Assembly (NCBI RefSeq): GCF_963921235.1
Contig: NC_086109.1
Coordinates: 73,408,001-73,472,000, forward strand
Reading direction: 5' to 3'
Length of the DNA: 64,000 nucleotides
DNA from: Mobula hypostoma
Lineage: Eukaryota
This document shows positions 1 to 11,940 of the stretch, piece after piece. Both the position numbers and the translations under genes were made by a program. The notes under the pieces are model-generated. The model saw only the letters and a list, made by a program, of their open reading frames with translations. It had not been told where the DNA came from and searched no databases. Within the stretch, counting starts at the first letter, position 1. Every line of letters starts with the position of its first letter.

Positions 1-1721
1 GTGAAGCAATAAACAACTCTAATGTGCTTTGTTGGAAACAGTACATAAACAGAAAGTGTGGCAGATGATGTTGTTATAACCTGTATGCTTATTCTAGTGC
101 CAAAATACAGCTGAGACGAACATCTTAACATCCCTTTTAATTACCAACTTTTTCTTGTTAATTAGAAGCTTTGTGTCTTTTCCCTCGCCAGCTTAAAAAA
201 GGGCAGAGAAATTTGGGAGTATTGTATGTGAGAAGCAACATGCTTACACATATCAATTTATTTCCTTTTCCAGATGCTTTCCCCCCCAACAGATGACTTT
301 CTCTTGAAAACCATTTACTGAACGAGTTAGAGGAAATAGAGGAATCTTGCCTGCAACAACCACTGTGTGTGGTACTCAAAATGTTTTCTTCCTGCTAAAA
401 CACAAATGCTTATGGAACTTGTCTATTAGTATAAAATTAATGTTCCAAGTTTACAATAGTATGATGAGAACATTTAAAGATGCAATTAATCGTCATACCT
501 TATGAGAGTTCAAGCTCTAAATCATTGATGCAACACGTAATCTTTCAGCAGAATCAGAAATCATTCAGCCTAATATGTCTGTGCTGGCTCGTTGAAAAAA
601 ACTTCCCGAATAGTACAGTTCCACAGCTCTTTACCCAGAGCCCTGCAAACTTTCTTTTTTGATGCTCTATTCCCTTTTAAAGCAAACCAAGTTATACTTT
701 CTTCTAATGAATAATCCCCAACAGACTATATGCTCGCCTAGAGGCAGTAACTGATGGGTTTTTACCTGCTGCAGTGTAAATTAGCACAGAAAATTTGAAA
801 GAGCCAAGATGCTTAATTTTGCTTTCAACAATCTGCAATTAAACTCTCTGTTCAGAACTTTTCCATATAATCTCCAATATTCGGTCATGTATCATAAAGG
901 ACAGAAAGCAAGAGCTTTCTGGAGAAACACAAGTGCTGGTTGTCATTCCCCAGAGACAGAGAAAAAAAAATCAGAATTGTTTCTTTCATTTTTTTTTATC
1001 TTAGAACCCAACTTACAGCATCCATGGAATCATTATAAGTTCTGCTGTGACTGCATTTCCAATTTTAATTTTGCTTGCTTTCCACTTACAAAAGATTTTG
1101 GAAAAGTTTCAAGTTTTAAATGCAGTACATTCTGACCCAATTTCTAATGTCAAGATTAATTGGATTATTTTCATTACCATTATTGACACTTGATAGCTTT
1201 AAAAAAAAATCATTTTAGTTTTACTCCTTTCCAAGTCAATAATTTTCTAATTTATTCTAATTAGCTTTTAGCTCCAGGTCAGAACATATGCCAAAGTATT
1301 GGTCCTAATTTTAATAATGCATAATCCTATAATAAAATTAAAGTCACACTGATAAATAAACAGGAAAAACTGATAAACTATTGAAAATTTTAAAAAATTA
1401 CTTCTGAATAATAGGTAGCCGGGTATGCTGGGTATATTTTCAGGACCTGAAAAAAAACTCATTTCAGAGAATTAGATGCAAAAAGATCACACATATAGGC
1501 TTTCACATAGACATTTATATTTGTTGGTAGCCTATGTGAAGGCCGAAGTGCAAGGAATACAATTTAAAATGTAGTTCCTTGTTGGCAATTTGCAGTACCG
1601 TCACCAAAGAAATGCCATACACTTTGGTCAAACTGAGCATGAGCCATTGAGAAGGGAAAAAAAATTGACACACTATTGTTATTCACAATGCCAAAACATA
1701 TCAAGGATCACATTTATAGAA

Positions 1722-1857
1722 CACAAGAGATTCTGCAGATGCTAGAAATCCAAAAGCAACACACACAAAATGCTGGAGGAACTTAGGAGGTCAGACAGCA
1801 TCTATGGAGGGGGAATAAACAGTTGATGTTTTGGGCTGAGACACTGCATCGGGACTG
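1722..1857 (-). mobile_element. Single-arm Penelope-type terminus
   Basis: TCTGCAGATGCT..AACACACACAAAATGCTGGAGGAAC family sequence. 9-bp TSD TTTATAGAA at 1713-1721 and 1858-1866. Confidence 0.8.
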
Positions 1858-4248
1858 TTTATAGAATAGACATGCTTATAGAATGCAGCACAACAAAATA
1901 TGGCAACTATTTAATGCCTTTGTATCCTTGCAGAAGTGCCAAAGAGAACCAAACCCTCTTTTTGAACTGCAGCATCCACATGGTGAAATGCTTCCAAGTA
2001 TTGTTAAGTGGGAAGTTCCAGTATTTTTCACCCAGTAATTTTTACCCATTGATGGTGACAACATTTAAAGTTTCTTTGGTATGTGAAACCTTGGTGGAAC
2101 TTGCAGGCAGCACTCTGGTCCTACTTGGCATCCATGTTCTTGAGGGTACTGTCATGGAAGCCTTCACTATTTAGTTCAAAATGTAATGAGAAGTCGGCCA
2201 TTGAGTTTGCCACATTACAATTTTCAAGGCTTGTTAATAACAACTATATTGGTTCAAATGTGTACTGCATTAATAAGAATGATTCAATGAAAGAATACAC
2301 ATCTCATCAAGAGCCAGACTTCTGACATTTTAGCTAAAACACATGATAAATACATATGGGGAAACTGAATTTAATTGTCCTCATTTACTATTTGTACTGT
2401 TGTTTCTGACCTTGTAATTGCAAACGCAAGGCTAGATCCCTGTATGTTGGTCCAGACAGGAAGAAGTGTCCACACTAATTACTGATCACCATCCATCACC
2501 GAATTTCACATTTTGTAAACATGAATTGGGTTCATACAATATACGTGTACTATTTCCAGAAGAGTTTCCTATAATTTGCAAAAGGAAATCATTTACTTTC
2601 TACATACCTTAAAACTACACAAAATTCAACTATCTGACCACTTTAAGCACTTCATCCACTTTAGGAAGATCCCAGACCCTGTCATAATGATCCACTGACA
2701 CAGTGCCAAGACCCTGAACCGTAACAGCTGATCCAGGGATCACATAGCAGACTAAAACAAAATTGATAGGAAAATAAACCAATTCAAAGTTATCTAAATT
2801 ATAATGCAATTTCTGCTCTTCAATTGAAATAACCATTCTGATTATTTCTTAATTGACTGGCCAAGTCAGTTTACTAAATCGCATGAATTTTCTCATGAAA
2901 TAATTAAGAATACAAAGAATAATAGCAATCACTAGCATATCAAGCTTGTTGCCAGAAACTGCTGTTGTTTCCTTCGAGTTGGTTTCCTTTCCTAACCATG
3001 CTAAACAACCGACTGCTGTTTGACATGGTTAAGAAAGGGAACTAACTGCATGTTCAATTTTACAATTCAAAATTCCTTGTTTATTAAATCGACGGAAGGG
3101 TCAATCAAAAGTCGGCAGAGAAAGTGAGTTTGAATCATATTTAATTACAAATTACTCCTAGTACACTCAAATTAATTTACACCATTTTTGATCTTTGAAT
3201 GGATGATGAAATGCAGAACAATTCTGCCTCAGGCCACTTTTGTACCCAAGAGACAGAGATACATACATGCAACAGAAATAACAGCCCAAGTAAACATAAC
3301 TCAATGATTTTTGGAACACTCGAAAGATCAGAAGCTGCTGCCACCCAAACCCAATGCCTCAAACATCTGTAACTGTGCTTTGAAACAAATGCAAATTAAA
3401 TAATATTTGTTTTTGATATCTTGAGGCCATGTATGATTTAAGTTAAATGAAAAGCAGTTAACTTTACAGTAAAACAAAAAAAATATTCTTGGTCTCTGCT
3501 TCACCAACTGCAATACGCACTGATTTTAATCATCTATTTTTAAGTTGGCTAAATTGCACATTTTACTGAAGTGTGTGCCTTGGCAAGGATCTGTTTATGA
3601 ACTGAATGTTCCTGGGGATCTCACACTTCACTGTGGTATATCAGTACTATTTTTAAAAATCCCACCAGGAAAGGTGCTGGCATAGGCAGCAATGCAGAAC
3701 ATTAAAATAAAACTGTTCAATGCTAATACGGAAATACAGAACTGATACTTTGGCAAAATTGAATCCTTTTTCTGAAAAGTACCACCAAAAGCATAGGATA
3801 AAGTGACATGAAAAAGTACCAGAAATTGTACTTACAAAGACGATAGTTATGGTATATTGGCTTTAGTGAAACCAAGACTAATTAGCCCTGAAAACAATGT
3901 GAGCAGAAGTACTCATGCTTGTTGAATCTACAGCAGTAACACACCACTTGTACATACTGTATAAATTCAATCGCCAGCTTAGGCCAAATCTGATGCTGAT
4001 TGTTTCCATTTCAAAGCAGAACGTAATACTGGCTTTGGGGATTCTAATAATGTTCTGCAATTCATTCTTTGGGGTTTTTTCTTCTGTTTCATGGATATCT
4101 GTGAAGAGTAAGAATTTCAAGTTGTATACTGTATATATTCTGTGATATTAAATGTAACAATTGAACTACTGGAAATTATTACCTATTGGAAATTACCACC
4201 TGTGTTTAAATCCGGCATACATCCAAATTACACTGGAGTAGAAGCTGG

Positions 4249-4250
<2 letters not shown>

Positions 4251-4327
<77 letters not shown>

Positions 4328-4338
4328 GGGGGGGGGGG
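4251..4338. repeat. (GT)37 microsatellite followed by G14
   Basis: Directly visible. Confidence 0.98.
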
Positions 4339-5223
4339 TCCACTTTATATGTGAATCTAACCTGGGAAATTGCGACACATCTCAGGAATGTGCCATAGTG
4401 TCAATTTCAGAGATGGTGAAGTACATCAGCAGCAAATCACAATATCTCCTGGTATCTATTCTACCTAATAGCAGAGGCCTCCTATATAACTTTCCAGTGC
4501 CAGAAACTGTTTCAGGAAATCTGTTTGAGTTTGTACGTTGCATAATTTTCTTTGGATTCATGGTGCGCATGGGTTTTGTACCCAAGTTCGTCAGTCATAT
4601 CGGAAAGATGCACCTTTTGGATTGTCACGGTGAGTCACACGCAGCTGTTGTGACAGACCAACATAAAAAGACGACATTAAAACCAATGTCATAATGCCAG
4701 TGGTGATCAGTCTAATCCACCAGCACTTCACATAAGGAGTGAGTCACTGGAATTCCTTTCAACTTCCACTATTAGACAGAGTTAATGTGCAGTGTTTACA
4801 AAACAATGTGCAAGCAATCAAAACCACTCTGCCACATTAGAAAGTCTGTAATCCTATCAAAGCCATGTGTTCTGACCGTCTGTTGGACCCTGGCAAGAGA
4901 GCATGAAATCTCTGAGTCTCTTTTAATAGAGCCCATTAGTGTGCACACTTCACAGAAAGTGGACAGAAAATTACACTATATTTTACATGCATTTCCACCT
5001 TCAAGCAAAAAGGAGAAAATTCATAAACATTCCTTCTACACTGACCATGATGTTCACTGGCAAGGCAGTACTCTTCCTGCTCAGAGGCCACAACTGGGCA
5101 ATCTTCTTAGAGATTGCTGTCATTTCAGAGAATATGCTTCAAACAGAGTTCTCCCCTGAGAATTAAAGAGCTGAACTCCTCCCTTAGTACTGTAGTCAAA
5201 TATGACCTTCTATAAAGAGTGCT

Positions 5224-5262
5224 TCTCTCTCTCTCTCTCTCTCCCTATCCCTCCCTCCCTCT
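5224..5262. repeat. (TC)n and (CCCT)n pyrimidine tract
   Basis: Directly visible. Confidence 0.9.
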
Positions 5263-6012
5263 TTAGGATCTTCTAGAAGATTGTTTGAATCTTATTCACT
5301 CTCGGTAAATTCATTGGTCATTACAAATTGTCCCATGATCAGCCTATGGTTAAATCGGGCGTGGTCGTGGATTGCTGGGTGGTGCAGCCTGAATGGCTGG
5401 AAGGGTTTCTCTTCCATGCTGTATTTCTAAAGAAATAAATATCTTTGCCACACAAATGTGGGCACACACTGCAAGAGTTCAGACCCCAAAATCCAGACAT
5501 GACTAACCCCTCAATGGATACAAAATAATACACAGGCATGTGTGAACCATATGATATAGTGCGTTTAAGCAGAAGTCCAAACTTGTTGTCAGTAATTCAG
5601 TGCTTTTCACAATCTTCATTTGTTTCTGGGTTTCACCACAACTGAATTAATGTGAATATACAAGTCTTTCGTAAACTAGGCTGACCATGAAGCATTCTGG
5701 AAAAAGATATGCTTTGTTATCAGGTCTAAGCGAGTTATAATTGCCAAGTAAATATGCACAAGCTCACTGTTTAAAAATATTTTTATGCACCTAGATGCAC
5801 TGTGTTTCAGCATTTCACAGTATATACACCAAGTATAATTTTTAATTAAAAATTGTGTTTCATTTCCTTCCTGTTTTAACTGGCATCACCTATAGGGAAG
5901 TCTAAGCAAATAAGATCAGTACATTTCTTTCAGAGCAGCATCACATGGTAGAGCTTCAATGCCAACTGCAAAGTTAGTACTATGGTCAACTGTGGAATTC
6001 CAAGTTTCAAAA

Positions 6013-6180
6013 GGAAGAAGAAGAAAGAAGAATAGCCCTTAACTCAGCAGTGGGGTTATCAGGGCACCGTCTTTTGACGGTGTTTCTTTAGCAAGCTATT
6101 CTTGTTTTTACGAGGCCAAGTTGCTAGCTCGACGCTCAACCCTCAACCCGACTTGGATTTGAACTGATATTATTGCACCA
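6013..6180 (-). mobile_element. Short SINE with internally deleted tRNA-like head and (TTC)n tail
   Basis: 13-bp TSD CCAAGTTTCAAAA at 6000-6012 and 6181-6193. A-box-like TGGTGCAAT and B-box GTTCAAATCC. Confidence 0.75.
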
Positions 6181-9100
6181 CCAAGTTTCAAAATAGTCTA
6201 TCAATAAAGATCACAGGTCATTGATGTGCTAATTTCAATTTCAATATTTTAATATTTACTAATTTTAATTAATATCTTTAATATTTAATATTTGTAATCC
6301 AGGGAGTGTGAAGTGCAAAATCAAATATCACTGTGATGATTGTACGTTCTAGTACCAATCGTTTGGTGACAATAAAGTATAAAGTAAAGTAATTTTAGGA
6401 ATTAAAATAAATCATGTCAAACCAATCAATTAACAATTAATTGGCCAAATTATTAAATGCAGATTTTCAGATGACCTTTTATGGTATTATAAACTTGCTG
6501 TCTATCTTAACAGGAGTGAACTTCACCTTTTAAAAAGATGTATTATTTGTATACTTTCTGCTCTTCCAAGGGTATCCCATTGCCAAATCTTGATTTTATT
6601 TCTTAACCCTCATTTATTATCAATGGTACTTTAGTCAAGATAAATTATATAAGTAGATATCAGCATTCTTCCCTTCAAAAGACCACATATACAGTAATCT
6701 AGTCAAGCCAACTCATCCAAGAAAGGAACTTGATCTAACTAAGAGCACTGGAAAAAAAACACCCTTCTCTAGGTTACCAGTGGTTTAGACTTGAAAATTG
6801 CATGTGATCAATAAATTATTTTCACAAAAAAGCACATCTGGTCAATGCTGTCAAATCCAAACCCAAGTTTAAATCTATTGTTTGAAACTCTCTTGTGGAA
6901 ATTCTATTGTCACATCTTTACCTACTCTCTGTTCCACTCATCACCATTCTAGACCAAGAATAACAGCACCAAATTAGGAAGAGATGCCAAATTTTGGCTT
7001 TTAAACCAAGTTGGAGAAGCAAGTCATTATAATCTTAATGTGATAGGGAGTTGAAGAGTGCCTGTGTTCAAAAGTAAAGTAGTAGGGTGAGAAACAATGT
7101 GAAGAGTTTGAATTTCAATGAAGTGAAATGAGGAGAATTGCCAGCAGAATTAAATTTAAGAATGAGGTGAAGAGATCAGAGGAGCACCAGCCCCATGAGA
7201 TTAGATGAATGATACAAATTTTGCAATATGAAATAATAAAGCAACAAATCCAAATATGGAAGAGAAATTGCTCATTTCTATTAGACAAAGGATATCTCTC
7301 CCCAACTGCCCCCCCACCCCCTCCCCTTTGCTTTCCAGCCTGAAAGCCTTAAGCTTTCATTCTGGGTTCTTTACATAGGGGGAGGGTGCTCATATCAGAT
7401 AGGAGAATTTTGGATTTATATTCTGTTTAGGAGGTAATGTGAAGGAAATAATTCATTGAGGTTTGAAAAATACAAGAGGGGTGCCAGACAGAGTGTGGGG
7501 ACACGCGAGAGACAACGCAAGAGAGCATACGAGAAAGAATGAGAATTCAATATACTATCAGAATACCGAAATTCAATATACTGTACTGTTGCTATAAAAC
7601 AATAAATTTCACATCTGTCAATAATAGTAAACCCGGTTCTAATTCTGAGGGGAGGCCAGCAAAAGTTTGATGAAAGTGACAAAAGGCCTGTGAAAACTTT
7701 CCCTGCCAGACTTCCGCCAAATATCCAGAGGCGTCACCCAAGTCTCTTCACAGCAGCTTGTCAGTATGACAGCTTTGAGCAGAAATGCAAAAGTACAAGT
7801 AGCATTATATAATGCAATTCTAATACTGTACTGCACATCACACCGTTGTAACTATTTGCTGAAGTCGTCCATAAACTGCAAATTTACACAATTGTCATTG
7901 GGCATTTTTTTAGAAAACAGATATTCAATTAAAATTCCTTTGCTGAGCTCAGCGTTGGTCAGTTACCCAAATCTAATCTTTGTTCATTGCACATTCAGGG
8001 TTATAATTCAATCAAGTTTTATGTGGCTTGCTTGTAATTGCAGCTGTGTCCCATCTGCATTCATTACCAAAATATGATACAGATGTAATGATATTCATAA
8101 ATACAACATACTCAGGTTCATTTCCAATTGCACCAATGTCCTAATGCTTGATGGCACCACACAGCTGGCAATAAAGTAACTTCTTTATTGCTGTATCAGT
8201 CCTTTATTGTACCATTAGAGATCAGTGATACGCTTAAAAATATATTCATATTTGAAAGAATTTCTTTGGCCTAGAAAATCCAAGATGCAACGATACTGTA
8301 TCCAACACACCTAGGGAATAATGGTGTATAACAATACAATGCATGTAAAATGTATTCACGTTTTATGTTTTGATTTAGATGTTGGTTAACTAAGATAATT
8401 ATTAGTTAGTCTCTCTTGTAAAAGATTACTCACATTTGAGAGATTTTATACATGTTTCATGAAAACAAGCAAAAAAAGCCTGTAGATGTTGGAATCTTTA
8501 AATTAAATGTTGAAAAAAGTTTCACTCCCTCTCTCTCCAAAGTTGCTGCCTGGTCTGTTGAGTATTACTAGGATATTTATTAGCAATTAGAACATAATTA
8601 ATATTATGCAGATCAAAAGAATTAGGATTAATTAAATTCACTTTTTAGAATTATCAATGATGGTTATTTAGCCATAATTCTCATAGGAATGAACATTCAA
8701 AAGATGATACCTTTGTGAGTTCAGGATTTATCTTTCTGAGATGAGCAGTGGTTGAAAATTATTCACAAAAAGTTACATAGCTTATCACAGGATTTATACA
8801 AGTATAAGTACATTAAAGTAAGGAATCAGGTTTATAGAAAACTCGGTATTTTAATAATTCTCAGTATTTAATGATTCTGGCTATTCTATTGCTGATTTCC
8901 CTTCAAAATACTTGCGCATCTATAGCTGACAAATGCACATCTGTTCTTAAAAAGAACACAGGTATCTTGTAAACAAAAAAATGGAAACCAGTTAATTGCA
9001 AGACTACCAAGACACTTCTTACTCTGTTTTTAAATGAAATTGCATGAAAAAGATATCAAATGGAGTTTAATTTCATGCACTTCAGTGGGAGAAATCAAAA

Positions 9101-9560
9101 GGCAGACAATTATCTGAAGAGACTGCAATTGAGTGAACTGCAAAGGTACCCAGGTGGTTTGTGCATGAAATGCACGAAAAATAATCATACAGGTGCAGTG
9201 AGTAATTAAGAAGATAATTAGCATATTGTCTTTTACTTTGAAATCCAAACCCCTTGCAAAATAGAAATACTGTTACAATTCTAGAGGTTTTGGAGAGACT
9301 GCACCTGGAGTACTGTGTATAGTTTGGGGCCACATTTGAAAATGGATATATTTTCATTAGAGGTGATCAGAAGAGATTCACTGGGCTACATCCTGGTTGT
9401 TATATCACAAATAATTAAAAATACTTAAATCTGTAGTTTAGAAGAAAAAAAGGGTGATCTTAAACAAATTGGATCTTCTGAGGCATGACAGTTTAAATCA
9501 GGAGTTTCCAACCTTGTTTATGTCATGGAGCAATACCATTTAGGGGTCTGTGGACCTCAG

Positions 9561-10510
9561 CAAGTTCGCAGGCAACACCACGGTGGTTGGCCTGATCAGA
9601 GGGGATGACGAGACGGCCTACAGGGATGAGGTCCAGCACCTGGCCACGTGGTGTGCCGACAACAACGTGGCCCGTAACACCCAGAAGACCAAGGAGATCA
9701 TTGTGGACTTCAGGCATGCTAGGAGCCACACTCACATCCCCATCTACATCAACGGAGTTGTAGTGGAGCATGTATCAAGCTTCAAATTCCTTGGTGTCCA
9801 CATTTCCAAGGACCTTACGTCCCTGAACTCCTCCATCCTGATCAAAAAGGCACAATAGCGCCTTTATTTTCTGCGGAGTGTCAACAAAGCTCACCTCTGT
9901 CCCAGGATACTGACGGACTTTTACCGCTGTACTATTACCAAGGATGCACCTCACCCTAACCATGGACTTTTTAACTCTCCTCCCATCCAGTAGGCACTAC
10001 AGGAGTCTCCACTCCCGCACCAGCATGCACAGGAAGAGCTTCTTCCCTGAGGCTGTGACCCTGATGAACCTCTCATCACAGCGCTAAGCAGTATTGCATC
10101 CGTATTGTAGTGTCCCATCTCAGTACTTTTATACTTGTGTGCTGTAGCACTTACTTTTTATTCGCAGTTGTTTTGTAAATAACACTATTCTTTGCATTCC
10201 TAGTTAGATGCTAACTGCATTTCATATCAAAATTGCTGGTGAACATAGCAGGCCAGGCAGCATCTCTAGGAAGAGGTACAGTTGACGTTTCGGGCTGAGA
10301 CCCTTTGTCAGGACTGTACTGATGAAGGGTGTCGGCCCAAAACGTCGACTGTACCTCTTCCCAGAAATGCCGCCTGGCCTGCTGCGTTCACCAGCAACCT
10401 TGATGTGTGTTGCTTGAATTTCCAGCATCTGCAGAATTCCTCGTGTAACTGCATTTCATTGGCTTTGTATTTGTACTTGGCACAATGACAGCAAAGTTAA
10501 ATCTAATCTA
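9561..10510 (+). mobile_element. 5'-truncated Rex1/Babar-type LINE
   Basis: KFAGNTTVVGLIRGDDETAYRDEV, KTKEIIVDFR, SFKFLGVHIS; (ATCTA)n tail. Confidence 0.85.
10226..10445. mobile_element. Palindromic Penelope-type insert
   Basis: Same family as 59934-60270. 14-bp TSD TAACTGCATTTCAT at 10212-10225 and 10446-10459. Both hammerhead cores carry point changes (GAAA to AAAA; CTGACGA to CTGACAA). Confidence 0.85.
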
Positions 10511-11109
10511 ACCCATGGTTCAAATGTTGAGATGTTTCTACTAATGACAGAGTCTCAAGGAGACAAAATTAGGAGGCAGAGCCTAGAAAGATATTTCTTC
10601 TTGCAAATGGTGGTAAATCTGAAGCATTCCCTACCCCAGAAGATGTGGATGCTACATTATTAAAAGTACTTAAAGGGGAGTTGATAATTTAAAGATTGCA
10701 GAATTGAGGATTACGTGGAAATAGCACAGAAAGCTGTTGAACTGTGAAGCATATCAGTCATGATCAAACTGAATGCTGGGGCAGTCTTGAAGGACCAGGT
10801 GGCTTATTCCTGCACCGATTTTGTGTTCTCAAAACAGATTTGTATATATTGAAGGTGTGAAAGTTTTGAGAAATTGGTTAGATTTTCTGAATGAATTTGG
10901 CTTCTTAAGTCTGTTTATTTAACACAGTTTTCCTGTGCAGAAGCAGAAGAATGTATGCATGTATTTTTTACATTATCTAATTCCAACATCGATTATAGAA
11001 TCAGCGGGCAATTTAATGTGAGGCCTATCTAGCAGTGGTGTGTGCTCTTGGGGTATGAGCACATTTTGATATTTATCAGTTTTTTCAATTCACCTTTACA
11101 ACTTAGGCT

Positions 11110-11940
11110 TCAAAATAGGCAGCAGAATAAGCTGTGAAGAACACTTAAGGAAACTACAAAGGAATGCAGGTAACTAAATGGGCAAAAAAGTGATGTACTA
11201 TGCGGAAAAGTGTCTCTTCAGTCCGAGAATAAAGGAAACATATTGATCAGAGTTCTGAGATAGAGAGAGATCAAAGCGCCTATGTATTGATTTTAAAAAA
11301 GGCTGGAATGCCAGTGAAGCAAGCAATTAAGAAAGCTAAGTTAATATTACGGTTAATTGCAAGGAGGACTGACTACAGTTGTAGGAAGATTATGCTTCAG
11401 TCATACAGGCTATTGGTAATACACTATCTAGATTGTGTGTACCATATTTGTCTTCTTACTTAAGAATGTGAAAGCACTGGAAGTAATTTAGGAAAAGTTC
11501 ACTAGCATAAATAATGAAATGGACAAGATACGTTACGAGGGAAGTTTGAATAGGCTGGGCCTGTATCTGCACAAGTCTGCACAAGAGTGACAGGCATTTG
11601 AGAGATGGAACGCAAGATCCCAAAACGTCTAGCAGGAGAATCTAGAAATAGGGAACATTGTTTTAAAATGAGGGGTTACATATTTAAAATATACCACTTA
11701 ATCTATTTACTGTCAGATGGCCTCAAGTCTTTGAAACCTTCTTCAAAATATGTAATCAGGGTCTTTAAATATTTAAAGGCAGAGCTAGACGAATTCTTCA
11801 TAGGAAGGGAGTGCAAGGTTACTGAGGGTGACCAGGAATGTGGGAGTTGAGGCAATAATCAGACAAGTCATAATATTATTAAACAGAGGAGCAGATACAA
11901 GGAGCTCAATGGTTTACTCTTCTCTGAACTTGTATGATCA
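11110..11940 (+). mobile_element. Decayed CR1 LINE 3' fragment
   Basis: Degenerate RT C-terminus and CR1-like 3'UTR. Boundaries approximate. Confidence 0.6.

Larger units (their letters stand above)
9499..10517. mobile_element. hAT-type MITE of about 80 bp, split by a Rex/Babar LINE
   Basis: Left end CAGGAGTTTCCAACCT, right end ACCCATG. 8-bp TSD GTTTAAAT (9491-9498) and GTTCAAAT (10518-10525). Uninterrupted relative at 24419-24499. Confidence 0.7.
9250..10830 (+). mobile_element. Decayed CR1 LINE 3' fragment; outer host of the nest at 9499-10517
   Basis: GCACCTGGAGTACTGTGTATAGTTT (HLEYCV.F) before the nest; CR1 3'UTR CAGTCATGATC..GAATG..CTTATTCCTG after it. Confidence 0.7.

Noticed and set aside
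4142-4694. ORFs with VC or HT dipeptide runs
   Set aside because: Artefacts of the (GT)n microsatellite.
7313-7388. Imperfect hairpin centred on CCAG..TGAAAGC-CTTAA-GCTTTCA..CTGG
   Set aside because: Stems are short and the outer pairing relies on low-complexity C and G runs.
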